Counted from the stretch's first letter, positions 47,084 through 57,054 are shown. The stretch is 64,000 nucleotides of DNA from Marispirochaeta sp. (GCA_963676835.2 CAXXFF010000002.1:1088001-1152000), one strand, 5' to 3'. Notes: generated by a model not told the origin, from the letters alone. Numbers and translations: made by a program.

Positions 47084-49258
47084 TCATGCAGCTCCGGAGA
47101 AACCAACAGGCCGGGAGATTCCGCCCTGTTTTTCTTTCACTTCCTCTTCGAGTTCATGTATGGCCTCTTCGATAGCGGGCTTGTCGATGCCGGAGAATAA
47201 GAGACGCTCTGAGGCTGCCTTGAAGTCTCCGGGAGTGAGCTGAAGAAGGGAATCAAGCCTTTTTACGGTTTCCCTGTCTTCAGTGTCTAAAGAGCATTCG
47301 GGAAAATACTTCCTGAACAGGGTCATTCGTCCTTCCCGGTCCAGAGGATGAAATTCAACCTTGAAGGTGAAGCGCCGCATTACCGCGGCATCCAGGATTT
47401 CTTTGAGGTTGGTGGTGCAGAAGAAGAGACCGTTGAACTCCTCCATGCAGGTTAACAGTTCATTTACCTGGGTTCGCTCCCAGGAGTTGCGGGCGTCGTT
47501 CCGGTCCGCAAGAAAAGTGTCCACTTCATCGATGAGGAGAATGCTGTTTGACTCCTCCGCTTCCTGAAAGGCATCCCGAATATTTATCTCTGTTTCGCCC
47601 ACGTACTTGCTTAAAAGGTCGGAAGAGCGCCTGGTTATAAGGGGCAGTCCGCTCGTTTCTGCAACATGTTTTACGAAGGCGCTTTTTCCGGTGCCGCTGA
47701 GACCGTACAGGAGGGTGCTGATTCCCCGGTTTATACGGCCGTCCCGAAAACCTTCGGCGGCAGTTATCAGGCGTTCCACTGGGGTGCTGGTGTTGAGGGC
47801 GGAAAGTTCATAGCGGGATTCTCCGCTTTTTACCGGGCTTATTTTTCCGCCGGTAAGACTCATGTGCCGTTTGAGGAGAGTATCCAGGGTTTCCCGAACC
47901 ACGGCTTCGCTCATCTTCTTTCTTCCTGCAATACTCTTCAGGCTCTTCAGTGCTATGGCAATCAGTCCCGGGGGAGCTTCGTACCGCCCTGCGAAATCAG
48001 CAGCCATTTCATCGGAAATCAGGTGTCCCGCCGGGCTGGATTTAATTACGGAATGCCACTCCTTCAGGCGGTGAGAGGCGCTTTTTGTTTTGAACTCCAT
48101 GGAAAAATTGAACCGCCTGAGAACCGCTTTGTGAACAGCGGAGATGGAATTGCTTATCCATACAACATGGGCCTTGTAAGCCTCCATGACTGTGATAATC
48201 CACGCTTTATCTATGCCGTCTATTTTGAACAGGGACTCTGTATTCAGCAGAAAGTCCATCTCGTCAGCAATTAAAACTGCCTGCTCCCGTTCGGCCTGGA
48301 TTATTCCCATGAGCAGGGCTGCCCGTTTTGTTTCTGTATTATCATCTACCGGCATGTTCAAAATAAAAACCTTTCTTCCCGATTCTCCCGCAAGGGAACG
48401 GGCAAGTTCAGTCTTTCCTGTTCCCGGTTTTCCATGAAAAAGAATGTGAGCAGGAACAGCCGAAGAAAGCAGTCTGGAGAGTATTTTTATATCCTGTCCG
48501 GGGATGGAGAAACTTTCGAGAGAAAATCTTTCACCCGTATCACGGCTGCTGAAAAGTCCTAATTTCAGATCCATGTTTTTGGTGAAAAAAATCTGCTGAA
48601 CCTGGTCAATAAGGCCTTTTTCAGTAAATTGCTGAGCGTTACTGTTCTCTAACAGCCCGCTGGACCCGATGCTTCCCTGTGGTTTTGTCCGTTTCATTAA
48701 TTCATGGAGGGGCAATCCTGCAGCCCGGGCTGCCAGGTCATTACTCAGGGAGGTGCGGCCGTTGTTGAAGATGTTATCCAGAATACTTGAATGTTTGTAG
48801 AAATAGAGAAGGGCCAGGATCGAGAGGTCTTTATCATCAAAGCGAAAAACTGACTTGAGCTGTTCAAACTGCCGGGGATAGGCGGATACCTGTTCACTGT
48901 ACCGGGGAGTGCCATCCCAGATATCTATGAGAATTTTCATTGTGGCAACTGCTGAGAGTTTACACTGTTTATCTCTCCACATATCATCAATGGTGTCTGC
49001 TATGGAGTTCGGTGAAGAGAGGTTGCAGTTCATTAATTCTGCATAATCAATCTCCTCTTTGCCCTTGTAGGATGATACGGTTTTAACCAGTCTGCGCCTG
49101 TCAGAGAGGGGCATCAGCTTGAGGTAGTCTTCCAGAATACTCATGTCCATTTTAAATGCACCCAACAGGTTTGACATGAAGTAGCGTATTACCGGTGCAA
49201 AGCGCTGCATGGCGTTGGTGATCCTTCGACGTGTTCTCTGGTTTCCGGTTGCAGTCAT
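47084..49258 (-). CDS. AAA+ ATPase with two AAA modules
   Basis: GKPGTGKT/LIADEMD/RRF and GLSGTGKS/LLIDEVD/TTN..D.A.MRRF; RBS AGGAGG. Confidence 0.92.
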   Translation of the reverse strand: MTATGNQRTRRRITNAMQRFAPVIRYFMSNLLGAFKMDMSILEDYLKLMPLSDRRRLVKTVSSYKGKEEIDYAELMNCNLSSPNSIADTIDDMWRDKQCKLSAVATMKILIDIWDGTPRYSEQVSAYPRQFEQLKSVFRFDDKDLSILALLYFYKHSSILDNIFNNGRTSLSNDLAARAAGLPLHELMKRTKPQGSIGSSGLLENSNAQQFTEKGLIDQVQQIFFTKNMDLKLGLFSSRDTGERFSLESFSIPGQDIKILSRLLSSAVPAHILFHGKPGTGKTELARSLAGESGRKVFILNMPVDDNTETKRAALLMGIIQAEREQAVLIADEMDFLLNTESLFKIDGIDKAWIITVMEAYKAHVVWISNSISAVHKAVLRRFNFSMEFKTKSASHRLKEWHSVIKSSPAGHLISDEMAADFAGRYEAPPGLIAIALKSLKSIAGRKKMSEAVVRETLDTLLKRHMSLTGGKISPVKSGESRYELSALNTSTPVERLITAAEGFRDGRINRGISTLLYGLSGTGKSAFVKHVAETSGLPLITRRSSDLLSKYVGETEINIRDAFQEAEESNSILLIDEVDTFLADRNDARNSWERTQVNELLTCMEEFNGLFFCTTNLKEILDAAVMRRFTFKVEFHPLDREGRMTLFRKYFPECSLDTEDRETVKRLDSLLQLTPGDFKAASERLLFSGIDKPAIEEAIHELEEEVKEKQGGISRPVGFSGAA

Positions 49259-49289
49259 TATTCCTCCTGAATATCTTCTGTTCTCTTTA

Positions 49290-49319
49290 GTGGGAAAAAG
49301 CGGCTGAGAAAAAAACTTT
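49290..49319 (-). promoter_or_regulatory. Shared upstream motif, copy B
   Basis: Minus strand AAAGTTTTTT-TCTCAGCCGC-TTTTTCCCAC. Confidence 0.6.
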
Positions 49320-49331
49320 TTCCGGGTTTTT

Positions 49332-49547
49332 TCAGAAACCCAGCATGTTCCGTTCCCAAAAGGGGCTGAAAACTCTCTTTGTCCATGAATCTGAATGATG
49401 CTGAAGTCTGCGTCCGCAGACGGGGCAGTTTCCGTTTTTGCCGTAACAGCTTGAACAGCGGATAATTTCAGGGTGAAAGCTGCAGCTGTAGTGCTCGTCG
49501 TTGGCGGTGTCGATCTGTGTTTTGCAGTCGATACAGGATTCGCTCAT
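49332..49547 (-). CDS. Small Cys-rich putative zinc-finger protein
   Basis: CIDC, CSFH, CSSC, CPVC; RBS GGAGG. Confidence 0.7.
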   Translation of the reverse strand: MSESCIDCKTQIDTANDEHYSCSFHPEIIRCSSCYGKNGNCPVCGRRLQHHSDSWTKRVFSPFWERNMLGF

Positions 49548-49578
49548 GTGTTCCTCCATTCTTGTTCATCTTCTGTTG

Positions 49579-49608
49579 GTGGGAAAATCTGATGGGGGAA
49601 AAATATTT
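49579..49608 (-). promoter_or_regulatory. Shared upstream motif, copy C
   Basis: Minus strand AAATATTTTT-CCCCCATCAG-ATTTTCCCAC. Confidence 0.6.
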
Positions 49609-49662
49609 TTTCAGGCGGTGATTAGGTGGAGAAACGTGACTGAAAACAGAGAGCTTGATTAT

Positions 49663-49730
49663 TGCGGTAGTTGAGCGGACATGTACTGAGTAGAGCTTGC
49701 ACTGAGCGCGGTCGAAGTGGTCGAAATCAC
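49663..49730 (+). repeat. Nested, degenerate copy of the 37133 REP family
   Basis: TGCGGTAGTTGAGCG (14/15 match) ... CACTGAGCGCGGTCGAAGTG ... GTCGAAATCAC. Confidence 0.65.
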
Positions 49731-49731
49731 A

Positions 49732-50163
49732 TCACGCCGGATCAATGACCTCAAAGAATCCGAATTCCTCAAAATCTTTTACATTCCTTGTATGGAATTC
49801 CTTTACGCCATTCTCTTTCAGGACAACCGCCAGCTTTGCATCAAAGCACCTCCGTGGAGGAAACTGCGGGTTTTTCCACAGGGTATCCAGACTTTTCATC
49901 ATATCCGGCTCCCAGGCGCAACGGAGCCAGCCGCTTTTGTTGCGGTACCAGTCCACAGCACCGGCAGCTTGTTCCGCATTAAGGGGTTTTTCCAGCACCG
50001 TGCTGTTACGCAGCAGCCGGTACAGTTCAAACCAGACCTGGTCAGCTATTATCCACTCCCGGGGCCGGCTCAGAGCCTTTTCTATCAGTGTGCGGCAACT
50101 ATCGTATTCTCTGCAGTCGCTGTTCAGGGCATAAAACAGAACATTGGTGTCGAGGCTTTTCAC
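49732..50163 (-). CDS. vapC: VapC/PIN toxin
   Basis: SLDTNVLFYA, E, FDAKLA, TRNVKDF. Confidence 0.92.
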   Translation of the reverse strand: MKSLDTNVLFYALNSDCREYDSCRTLIEKALSRPREWIIADQVWFELYRLLRNSTVLEKPLNAEQAAGAVDWYRNKSGWLRCAWEPDMMKSLDTLWKNPQFPPRRCFDAKLAVVLKENGVKEFHTRNVKDFEEFGFFEVIDPA

Positions 50164-50411
50164 TATTTCCGGGTTCCATCAGTTCTATCTGTGTAGGCAA
50201 TATCCCGAAGAGTGGAAGCATCAGCCGTGACATGCCCGCAGGAATACACCGGCGGAGCTTCATTGACGGTACTATCTTCTGCACCATAGCGGGAAAGCCA
50301 GAGATCGACAGCGCTGCGTATGAGTTCGCTCACCGGCCGGTCCTGGCTTTTTGCCATCCGCCGTAACCGCTCAAGCTGAGGTTCAGGAAAAAGTATCTGC
50401 ATTCTTTCCAT
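50163..50411 (-). CDS. CopG/RHH antitoxin
   Basis: MERMQILFPEPQLERLRRMAKSQDRPVSELIRSAVD; upstream palindrome ATACAG-N7-CTGTAT. Confidence 0.85.
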   Translation of the reverse strand: MERMQILFPEPQLERLRRMAKSQDRPVSELIRSAVDLWLSRYGAEDSTVNEAPPVYSCGHVTADASTLRDIAYTDRTDGTRK

Positions 50412-50481
50412 GTATACAGTATATTGCTGTATGTCACAGTCGGTCAAGTTTTGCAGACAGGCTCTTTCCGCTAAACCATCC

Positions 50482-51840
50482 TCACTTCTGTTTCAACTTT
50501 CGGTACAGCGTCGCTTCGGATATTCCCAGGAGTGCAGCAGCCTTTTTCCGGTTGCCGCCGGTTTGCTCGAGAGCTTCTTCTATTGCTTTCTGCTCGTAAC
50601 TGCGGATGGAATGGGCAGATTCTGCACTCTCTTCCGGTTTGTCGAATGCCTGCTCCGTGCTGGTGATATTCTCCGGAAGATTGCACAATTCTATGCGGGC
50701 GGTGGCGGAAAAAACTATTGCCCGGCGGATTACATTCTCCATTTCCCGTACATTACCGGGCCAGTCGTAATTTATCAGATATTTTAAGGCTTCTGCTTCG
50801 ATATCCGTTACCGGATGATGCTGATTTTCTTCTCCATAGAGATCGATAAAATGACGGACAAGCAGGGGAATATCGTCGGCTCTGTCTTTGAGGGCGGCAA
50901 TATTTACCGTAATGGTACTCAGGCGGAAGTAAAGGTCCTCTCTGAAGGTCCCCTCTTGTGATGCGGCAAGAATGTCCCTGTTACTGGCAGCCAAAAACCG
51001 TACATTAACGGAGGTTGACTTGCTGGCCCCCACGGGCCGAATTTCCTGTTCCTGAAGGACTCTAAGCAGTTTTGTCTGAAGAAGCAGAGGCAGCTCTCCT
51101 ATCTCATCGAGGAACAGGGTTCCTCCGTCAGCCTCTTTAACCAGACCGTCATGGGCCTCTGTGGCCCCGGTAAAGGCACCTTTGCGGTAGCCGAACAGTT
51201 CACTCTCTATGGTACTTTCGTTAATGGCGCCGCAGTCCACAACTACAAATGGAGCATCCCGGCGGCTGCTGTGGGCATGCAGGGCCCGGGCGACAAGCTC
51301 CTTACCGGTGCCGGTATGTCCCTGAATAAGCACAGATAAATCGCTTGGACCGACGGAAAGTATGGTTTGCTTCAGGCGCATCATTGATTCCGAGTTTCCC
51401 ACCAGCTTTCCGTATTCAAACTGGCTGAAGAGGATTTTCCGCAGTTCCGCAGTCTCCTTCTCCAGTTCCCAGATTTTTCTAAACTGCTGAACCCGGGAAA
51501 CCAGCATTGCATTGGATACCGGCTTTTCCAGCACATCGTCTGCGCCGTTCTTTATCAAAGAGACTGTATCCTGAACGGTGGCATTCCCGGAAATCACGAT
51601 AACATTAATGTTCTGATCAATCTCTTTGATTTGTTTCAGAACCTCGTGGCCGGTAAGCTCCGGCATCTGTAGATCCAGAATTACCAGATCCGGGGGCTGT
51701 TCCGATGTCTGCCGTAGAGCTTCCTTGGGCTTTTCAAAGCAGTGAATGGAATCAATTTCCTTATGCAGGGTGCGCTTGTAGGCATTTAGGATATTAACTT
51801 CATCATCGACGCAGAATACCGTAAAACCGCTGTTTTCCAT
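50482..51840 (-). CDS. Sigma-54-dependent response regulator (NtrC/AtoC type)
   Basis: [38 protein letters not shown], Fis HTH. Confidence 0.95.
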   Translation of the reverse strand: MENSGFTVFCVDDEVNILNAYKRTLHKEIDSIHCFEKPKEALRQTSEQPPDLVILDLQMPELTGHEVLKQIKEIDQNINVIVISGNATVQDTVSLIKNGADDVLEKPVSNAMLVSRVQQFRKIWELEKETAELRKILFSQFEYGKLVGNSESMMRLKQTILSVGPSDLSVLIQGHTGTGKELVARALHAHSSRRDAPFVVVDCGAINESTIESELFGYRKGAFTGATEAHDGLVKEADGGTLFLDEIGELPLLLQTKLLRVLQEQEIRPVGASKSTSVNVRFLAASNRDILAASQEGTFREDLYFRLSTITVNIAALKDRADDIPLLVRHFIDLYGEENQHHPVTDIEAEALKYLINYDWPGNVREMENVIRRAIVFSATARIELCNLPENITSTEQAFDKPEESAESAHSIRSYEQKAIEEALEQTGGNRKKAAALLGISEATLYRKLKQK

Positions 51841-51892
51841 AAAATCTACCTTCTATATACAATCATATAGGGAGATAGATTTTTTGCAAGTT

Positions 51893-52333
51893 TTATCCTT
51901 TTCGCAGAGCCAGCAGAAACTGGTCCACCGATTCTTTCAGCTCAATAAGTTTTTTTATCGGATAGTCCATGTTTTCTATCAGTGTTAAGGGTACGTGAAC
52001 TGCCCGCTCCCGCAGATTTTTTCCGCTTTCTGTCAGGCCGATGGCTACCTTGCGCTCGTCTGTTTGTTCTCTTTTGCGGGTAATCAGGCCCTGTTTCTCC
52101 AGGCGTTTAAGCAGCGGAGTAAGGGTGTTTGTATTAAGGAGCAGTGCTTCGCTTATCTCTTTTACTGTAGCGGTTTCCCTTTCCCAGAGAACCAGCAGTA
52201 CAAGATACTGCGGATAGGTAAGCTCAAGCTTCTCCAGCAATGGCTGATAGTGCCTGGTTATGAGCCTGCTCACGGCATAAAAGGGAAAACAGAGCTGATT
52301 TTCCAGTTTCAGCAGGTCTTTCTGTTCTTCCAT
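51893..52333 (-). CDS. OhrR-like MarR regulator
   Basis: LENQLCFPFY, LTYPQYLVLLVLWE, TLTPLLKRLE, DER. Confidence 0.9.
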   Translation of the reverse strand: MEEQKDLLKLENQLCFPFYAVSRLITRHYQPLLEKLELTYPQYLVLLVLWERETATVKEISEALLLNTNTLTPLLKRLEKQGLITRKREQTDERKVAIGLTESGKNLRERAVHVPLTLIENMDYPIKKLIELKESVDQFLLALRKG

Positions 52334-52821
52334 TGGCTATCCTTGAGCAGTTTGCGAATTGCCGGTTCAATCTTCTCCGGTGCTGTTACGGGTGCAAAGC
52401 GGTGAACCGGATTCCCGTCCCGGTCTATAAGGAATTTGGTGAAATTCCATTTTATATTTCCGCCGAACCAGCCGGGAAGAGCATTCGTCAGGTATGAAAA
52501 CAGGGGATGGGCATCCGGCCCGTTTACCTTGATTTTTTTAAAGACCGGAAAGCTCACTCCATAGTTAATCAGGCAGTTTTCTTTGATCTCTTTCCCGTCC
52601 CCGGGTTCCTGATTACCGAACTGGTTGCAGGGGAAGCCGAGAATTTCCAGCCCCTGGTCCCGGTATTTTTTATAAAGGCTTTCAAGCCCTGCGTACTGAG
52701 GGGTAAAGCCGCATTTGCTTGCGGTGTTAACAATCAGCAGAATCTTTCCTTCATAGCTGCTCATGTCGATCTCTTTGTTCTGCAGGCTGTCTGCTTTATA
52801 AGTGTAGATTGGTGATTTCAT
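52309..52821 (-). CDS. gpx: Glutathione peroxidase family (Cys-type)
   Basis: NTASKCGFTPQY, FPCNQF, WNFTKF. Confidence 0.95.
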   Translation of the reverse strand: MKSPIYTYKADSLQNKEIDMSSYEGKILLIVNTASKCGFTPQYAGLESLYKKYRDQGLEILGFPCNQFGNQEPGDGKEIKENCLINYGVSFPVFKKIKVNGPDAHPLFSYLTNALPGWFGGNIKWNFTKFLIDRDGNPVHRFAPVTAPEKIEPAIRKLLKDSQWKNRKTC

Positions 52822-52865
52822 GGAGGTAATATAGTAAGGTGGAGTAATGTAAGTCAAGCAAGATA

Positions 52866-52881
52866 ATATCGCAAGCGATAT
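52866..52881. promoter_or_regulatory. Palindromic operator upstream of gpx-ohrR
   Basis: ATATCGC-AA-GCGATAT adjacent to the -35 TTGACT (52852-52857, minus strand). Confidence 0.55.
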
Positions 52882-52962
52882 AAAGTTGCGCTTTATTTAT
52901 GATTAAGGTAATATCCACTTTCTCAAGTTGTATTTTGAGAAGTTTATTATTTGAGGTTTAAT

Positions 52963-54327
52963 GTGAAGAGACATCTCATTTCTGCTGCTTTTCTATGTTT
53001 AGCTGTGTCTACATTCTTTTCCTGTGAAGATGCCGGTACAAGCGGAGACGGTGGTGGTTCCACGGGAACGCCCACTACCGATCCTATTGTTGATATAACC
53101 TTTTCCCAGATCGGTTCTGAGCTGGATGTTCCGGGGCGAAGTGCCGTGGATTACATTGGTTCGGATCTCGCTATTGACGGTGACTATGCGATTATCGGTG
53201 CCGGCGGTATGGATTCCAACCGGGGTGGTGCCTATATCTTTGAGTATGACGGCAGCAGCTGGTCTCAGATGGATTTTTTGCTTTCCGATGATATTGGTGC
53301 AGGAGACATCTTCGGTGGCAGAGTGGATATCAGCGGAGATTATGCAATTGCCGGTGCATCCTGGGAAGACGGAGGATCTTCTGCGATTGATAAAGCCGGC
53401 AGTGCCTATATCTTTGAGCGCAGCGGTTCAACCTGGAACCAGGTTATACAGCTCTTTGCAGAAACAAAAGGGGAAGATGACTACTTCGGTCATGATGTGG
53501 CAATCTCCGGGGATCTGGCTGCGGTAAGTGCATACTATGATGATGGGGATGACGGCGGCAGTCAGGATAATTGCGGCGCTGTGTATATCTATACCAGAGA
53601 ATCCGGCAGCTGGGTACTGGATGCAACCCTCCGGGAGCCGGTTGTGGAAGCGGGCTGTACTTTCGGTTATTCCCTTGATCTTGACGGCAACTACCTGGTG
53701 GTAGGAGCTAAATATAAGGATCAGGGTACCGATACCAACGCCGGTGGAGTCTATTTTTATGAGCGTGTCAGCGGCGTCTGGGAGCTTAAAAGCTCTCTTG
53801 GAGGGGCCCTTGGGCTTGCCGCCGATGATCATCTTGGAGTCCGTGCTGCTATAGATGGCGATACCGCAGTTGTAGGAGCAACAGGGGTTGATTATGATTC
53901 CTCCACGACTAATTCGGGTGCTGTTTATATTTTCAATAGAGCATCGAATGGGACCTGGACGTTTACACAGGAACTTTATACCACCTATGTTGATACTAAC
54001 GATAAGTTTGGCGACTCTGTTGCGGTGAGCGGGAATCTGATTCTTGTGGGTGCACCCTGTTACTATTACTCTACATACCGGCCAGATCAGGGACTTGTTT
54101 ACCTCTACAAGAAAAATTCCGATACCGGCACTTGGGCTTATGAAGCCAGGTTTCAGCCTCCCTATGAGGATAGAGATGATGATATTCTGCAATTAAGATT
54201 CGGCCAGGGAGTAGCCCTTGATGGTGAGCACGGCATGATAAGTCTTCCCGGTAAGGACTTTGACGATGATGACGGAGAGGATCCGGCTATTGTCGATGCA
54301 GGAACTGTATACGTCCTCGCAGAATAA
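52963..54327 (+). CDS. Lipoprotein with FG-GAP repeats (beta-propeller)
   Basis: Lipobox FFSC; about 7 repeats of FG..V.I.G...VGA...G.VY.F; GTG start after GAGGT. Confidence 0.88.
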   Translation: MKRHLISAAFLCLAVSTFFSCEDAGTSGDGGGSTGTPTTDPIVDITFSQIGSELDVPGRSAVDYIGSDLAIDGDYAIIGAGGMDSNRGGAYIFEYDGSSWSQMDFLLSDDIGAGDIFGGRVDISGDYAIAGASWEDGGSSAIDKAGSAYIFERSGSTWNQVIQLFAETKGEDDYFGHDVAISGDLAAVSAYYDDGDDGGSQDNCGAVYIYTRESGSWVLDATLREPVVEAGCTFGYSLDLDGNYLVVGAKYKDQGTDTNAGGVYFYERVSGVWELKSSLGGALGLAADDHLGVRAAIDGDTAVVGATGVDYDSSTTNSGAVYIFNRASNGTWTFTQELYTTYVDTNDKFGDSVAVSGNLILVGAPCYYYSTYRPDQGLVYLYKKNSDTGTWAYEARFQPPYEDRDDDILQLRFGQGVALDGEHGMISLPGKDFDDDDGEDPAIVDAGTVYVLAE

Positions 54328-54407
54328 CCCGTTAACAGGGCCGGCAGCCGCCGGCCTCCTTTATCCTTGCGGACATCCTGTTCAATAGTGTACAGTTTCA
54401 CTCGATC

Positions 54408-55850
54408 ATGTTAATCCGTAGAGGTAGTATTGTGTTGCAACCCGTGCGTCGGCTGACTGTATGCCTGTTTGTTACTCTGCTCAGTTTTCTGATCCTTTTT
54501 TCCTGTACCACTGCAGGAAAGGCTTCTACAGGCACCGGAATGGCGTCTACTCAGGAGCCTGAGGTGAGTCTTGAGGAAGAGACCTTTCAGGGGGTCAGCT
54601 ATTATGCCGCCACCGGGGATCCCGGTGCTGCCATTGCTGCCTTCGAAAAGGCTAAAGAGGCGGATCCGAATGATCCTGCAACCCGGGTTCTCTATTCCAG
54701 TCTGCTCCTTGCTGTCGGTCAGTTTGCCGAGGCAAAGGCGGAGCTTGAAGCAGTTCTCGCCATTGATCCGGAAAATACTGATGCCCTGTATAATCTTTCC
54801 CTTGCAAACGGCGGTCTCGGCAACGAGGATGAACGCCGGGCAAATCTCGAGAAAATCATCGAAATCGACCCTGCGGAACCGCGAGCAAATGCCTCGCTTG
54901 GTGAGCTCTACCTGAAAGACGAAAAATATAAAGAGGCCCAGGACTACTTCAAACGCAGTATTGAGTCGGACCCGAACAATTTTGTTGCCCGCAACGGCTA
55001 CGGCAATGCCCTGCGCCGGACTGAGCAGTATGCCGAGTCCATTGAGCAGTACGATGCCGCCGCCGAGCTCGATCCGGACTACTCCTTTGTCTATGCCGAC
55101 CGGGCCAGGTCGAAGCTGAGACTGGGTGATTCCAACGGTGCGGAAAAGGATCTGGGCAAGGCCATTGAAACCCTGCCGGACCACTACTGGCACTATATCG
55201 ACCGCGGTAAAGTCCGGCTGATTGATCTTTCCCGCACAATAGATGCACTGGACGATTTTTCCAAAGCCATTGAAATCAACCCGGATCTCTTTTTTGCCTA
55301 TGTTTACCGGGGAGGAATCTATATTGATCTAGGCCGCTACGATGAAGCCCTTTCCGATCTTGAGTTTGTACATTCCAACCGGCCCGATTATTATCCGGTC
55401 TATCCCGATCTGGGGATGCTCTATTTTCTCGACGGCCGCTACGCTGATGCCAGGGACTTTTATATTAAGAGTGTAAAAGAAGATCCTGAGAATCAGGGCA
55501 TGCTGCTTATGACCGGTGCTGCCTGGTTTATGGAAGGGAAAACAGCCGAGGGTGTGGATTATTTCAAGAATATTGTGAATACCTTTCCCCGGGAGAGTGC
55601 CGCCTACCATGTAGCGCGGACCTTTACAGAGCCCGGGTATGAGTCAACTGCTTTGCGGAAAGTTCAGGAAGAAAAAGAGCCCTATCTGAAAAACCAGATG
55701 CTCTTCTTTCTGGCAGTATTCTACCGGACCCATAATCTGGGCGGCCTGGCGGATACCCTTTTTCTTGAAGTGGCCGACGCAAATATACTCTCCCTGAGAG
55801 AGACAAGAATTGCACGAGAGTTTATCGCCTCCATGGGAGTGACCAAGTGA
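54408..55850 (+). CDS. TPR-repeat lipoprotein
   Basis: Lipobox LFSC; many TPRs (A..DP.N..A, YYxRG). Confidence 0.88.
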   Translation: MLIRRGSIVLQPVRRLTVCLFVTLLSFLILFSCTTAGKASTGTGMASTQEPEVSLEEETFQGVSYYAATGDPGAAIAAFEKAKEADPNDPATRVLYSSLLLAVGQFAEAKAELEAVLAIDPENTDALYNLSLANGGLGNEDERRANLEKIIEIDPAEPRANASLGELYLKDEKYKEAQDYFKRSIESDPNNFVARNGYGNALRRTEQYAESIEQYDAAAELDPDYSFVYADRARSKLRLGDSNGAEKDLGKAIETLPDHYWHYIDRGKVRLIDLSRTIDALDDFSKAIEINPDLFFAYVYRGGIYIDLGRYDEALSDLEFVHSNRPDYYPVYPDLGMLYFLDGRYADARDFYIKSVKEDPENQGMLLMTGAAWFMEGKTAEGVDYFKNIVNTFPRESAAYHVARTFTEPGYESTALRKVQEEKEPYLKNQMLFFLAVFYRTHNLGGLADTLFLEVADANILSLRETRIAREFIASMGVTK

Positions 55851-57040
55851 GTGATGTTTTTGTAAGTGATACCATAACCCGGGTACGCCTTAAAGATAAG
55901 GAAGTTGTACTTATTGGAACTGCCCATGTTTCATCGGAAAGTGCAGATGAGGTGGAGAAGGTTATTCGTGAAGAAAAACCCGACCATGTCTGTGTCGAGA
56001 TTGATGAAGGCCGCTTTGCGGCGATGAAAAAAACCAATACCTGGGAGAGTATGAACATTGGACAGGTGCTCAAGCAGGGAAAAGCCTTTCTGCTGCTTGC
56101 CAATCTGGTGCTCACCTCTTTTCAGCGCCGTATGGGTATGGACCTGGGTATTTCTCCCGGCGAGGAGATGAAGCGGGCCATAAGCGTCTGTGAAGAAGAA
56201 GGAATTAAGTTCTCCTTTGCCGACCGGGAGGTTCAGACTACCCTGCGAAGGGCCTGGGCAAAATCCGGCTTCTGGGGAAGGAACAAGCTGGTAGCAGCTC
56301 TTTTAAGTTCCGCTTTCAGCAGTGAAAAACTGAGTGAAGAGGAGATCGAGCAGCTCAAGGAAAAGAGTGCCCTTGAGGGTATGATGGATGAATTAGCTGA
56401 TTACCTTCCCTCGGTAAAGGCTGTTCTCATAGACGAGCGGGACCGCTATCTTGCCACAAAGATTTTTACCTCTCCTGGCAAACTGAATGTTTCGGTTATC
56501 GGTGCAGGCCATGGCCCAGGAATTATCCGGATACTGCATGAACTTGATAAGGGCGAAATAAGTACCGGCCTGGATGATATAAGCACGGTTCCTCCCAAGG
56601 GGAAGATCAGCAAGCTTTTGCCCTGGCTTATACCGATACTGATTTTTACCATTGTGGGATTCGGCTTCGTCAACGCCGGCTGGGAAAATGCCCTTTCCAT
56701 GATCTGGCGCTGGATTCTGGTTAACGGAACTCTCTCCGCGCTGGGAGCACTTATCGCCCTTGCTCATCCGCTGACTATTCTACTCTCTTTTGTTGCTGCT
56801 CCCATTACCTCGTTGAATCCGACTATCGGGGTGGGGATCTTTGCGGGACTTGTTGAAGGATTCCTGCGTAAACCCAGGGTAAGTGATTTTGAGTCACTCC
56901 ACGAAGATATTCTCTCAGTAAGAGGATTTTACCGAAACCGCTTCACCCATGCATTGCTGGTGTTTCTTCTCAGTTCTGTAGGGAGCGCCGTAGGAACCGG
57001 GATCGGACTTCCTTTTATTACATCTCTGATCAACGGATAA
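55847..57040 (+). CDS. TraB/PrgY (GumN-like) family protein
   Basis: IGTAHVS, VCVE, PGEEM, ADR, IDERD, GAGH; C-terminal TMs. Confidence 0.9.
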   Translation: MSDVFVSDTITRVRLKDKEVVLIGTAHVSSESADEVEKVIREEKPDHVCVEIDEGRFAAMKKTNTWESMNIGQVLKQGKAFLLLANLVLTSFQRRMGMDLGISPGEEMKRAISVCEEEGIKFSFADREVQTTLRRAWAKSGFWGRNKLVAALLSSAFSSEKLSEEEIEQLKEKSALEGMMDELADYLPSVKAVLIDERDRYLATKIFTSPGKLNVSVIGAGHGPGIIRILHELDKGEISTGLDDISTVPPKGKISKLLPWLIPILIFTIVGFGFVNAGWENALSMIWRWILVNGTLSALGALIALAHPLTILLSFVAAPITSLNPTIGVGIFAGLVEGFLRKPRVSDFESLHEDILSVRGFYRNRFTHALLVFLLSSVGSAVGTGIGLPFITSLING

Positions 57041-57054
57041 GACGGAAAAATATA

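Noticed and set aside
34300..50450. Integron cassette array or prophage
   Set aside because: Mixed gene orientation, no consistent attC sites, and no integrase or phage structural genes
52309..52821. Selenocysteine glutathione peroxidase
   Set aside because: The active-site codon is TGC (Cys) and there is no in-frame TGA
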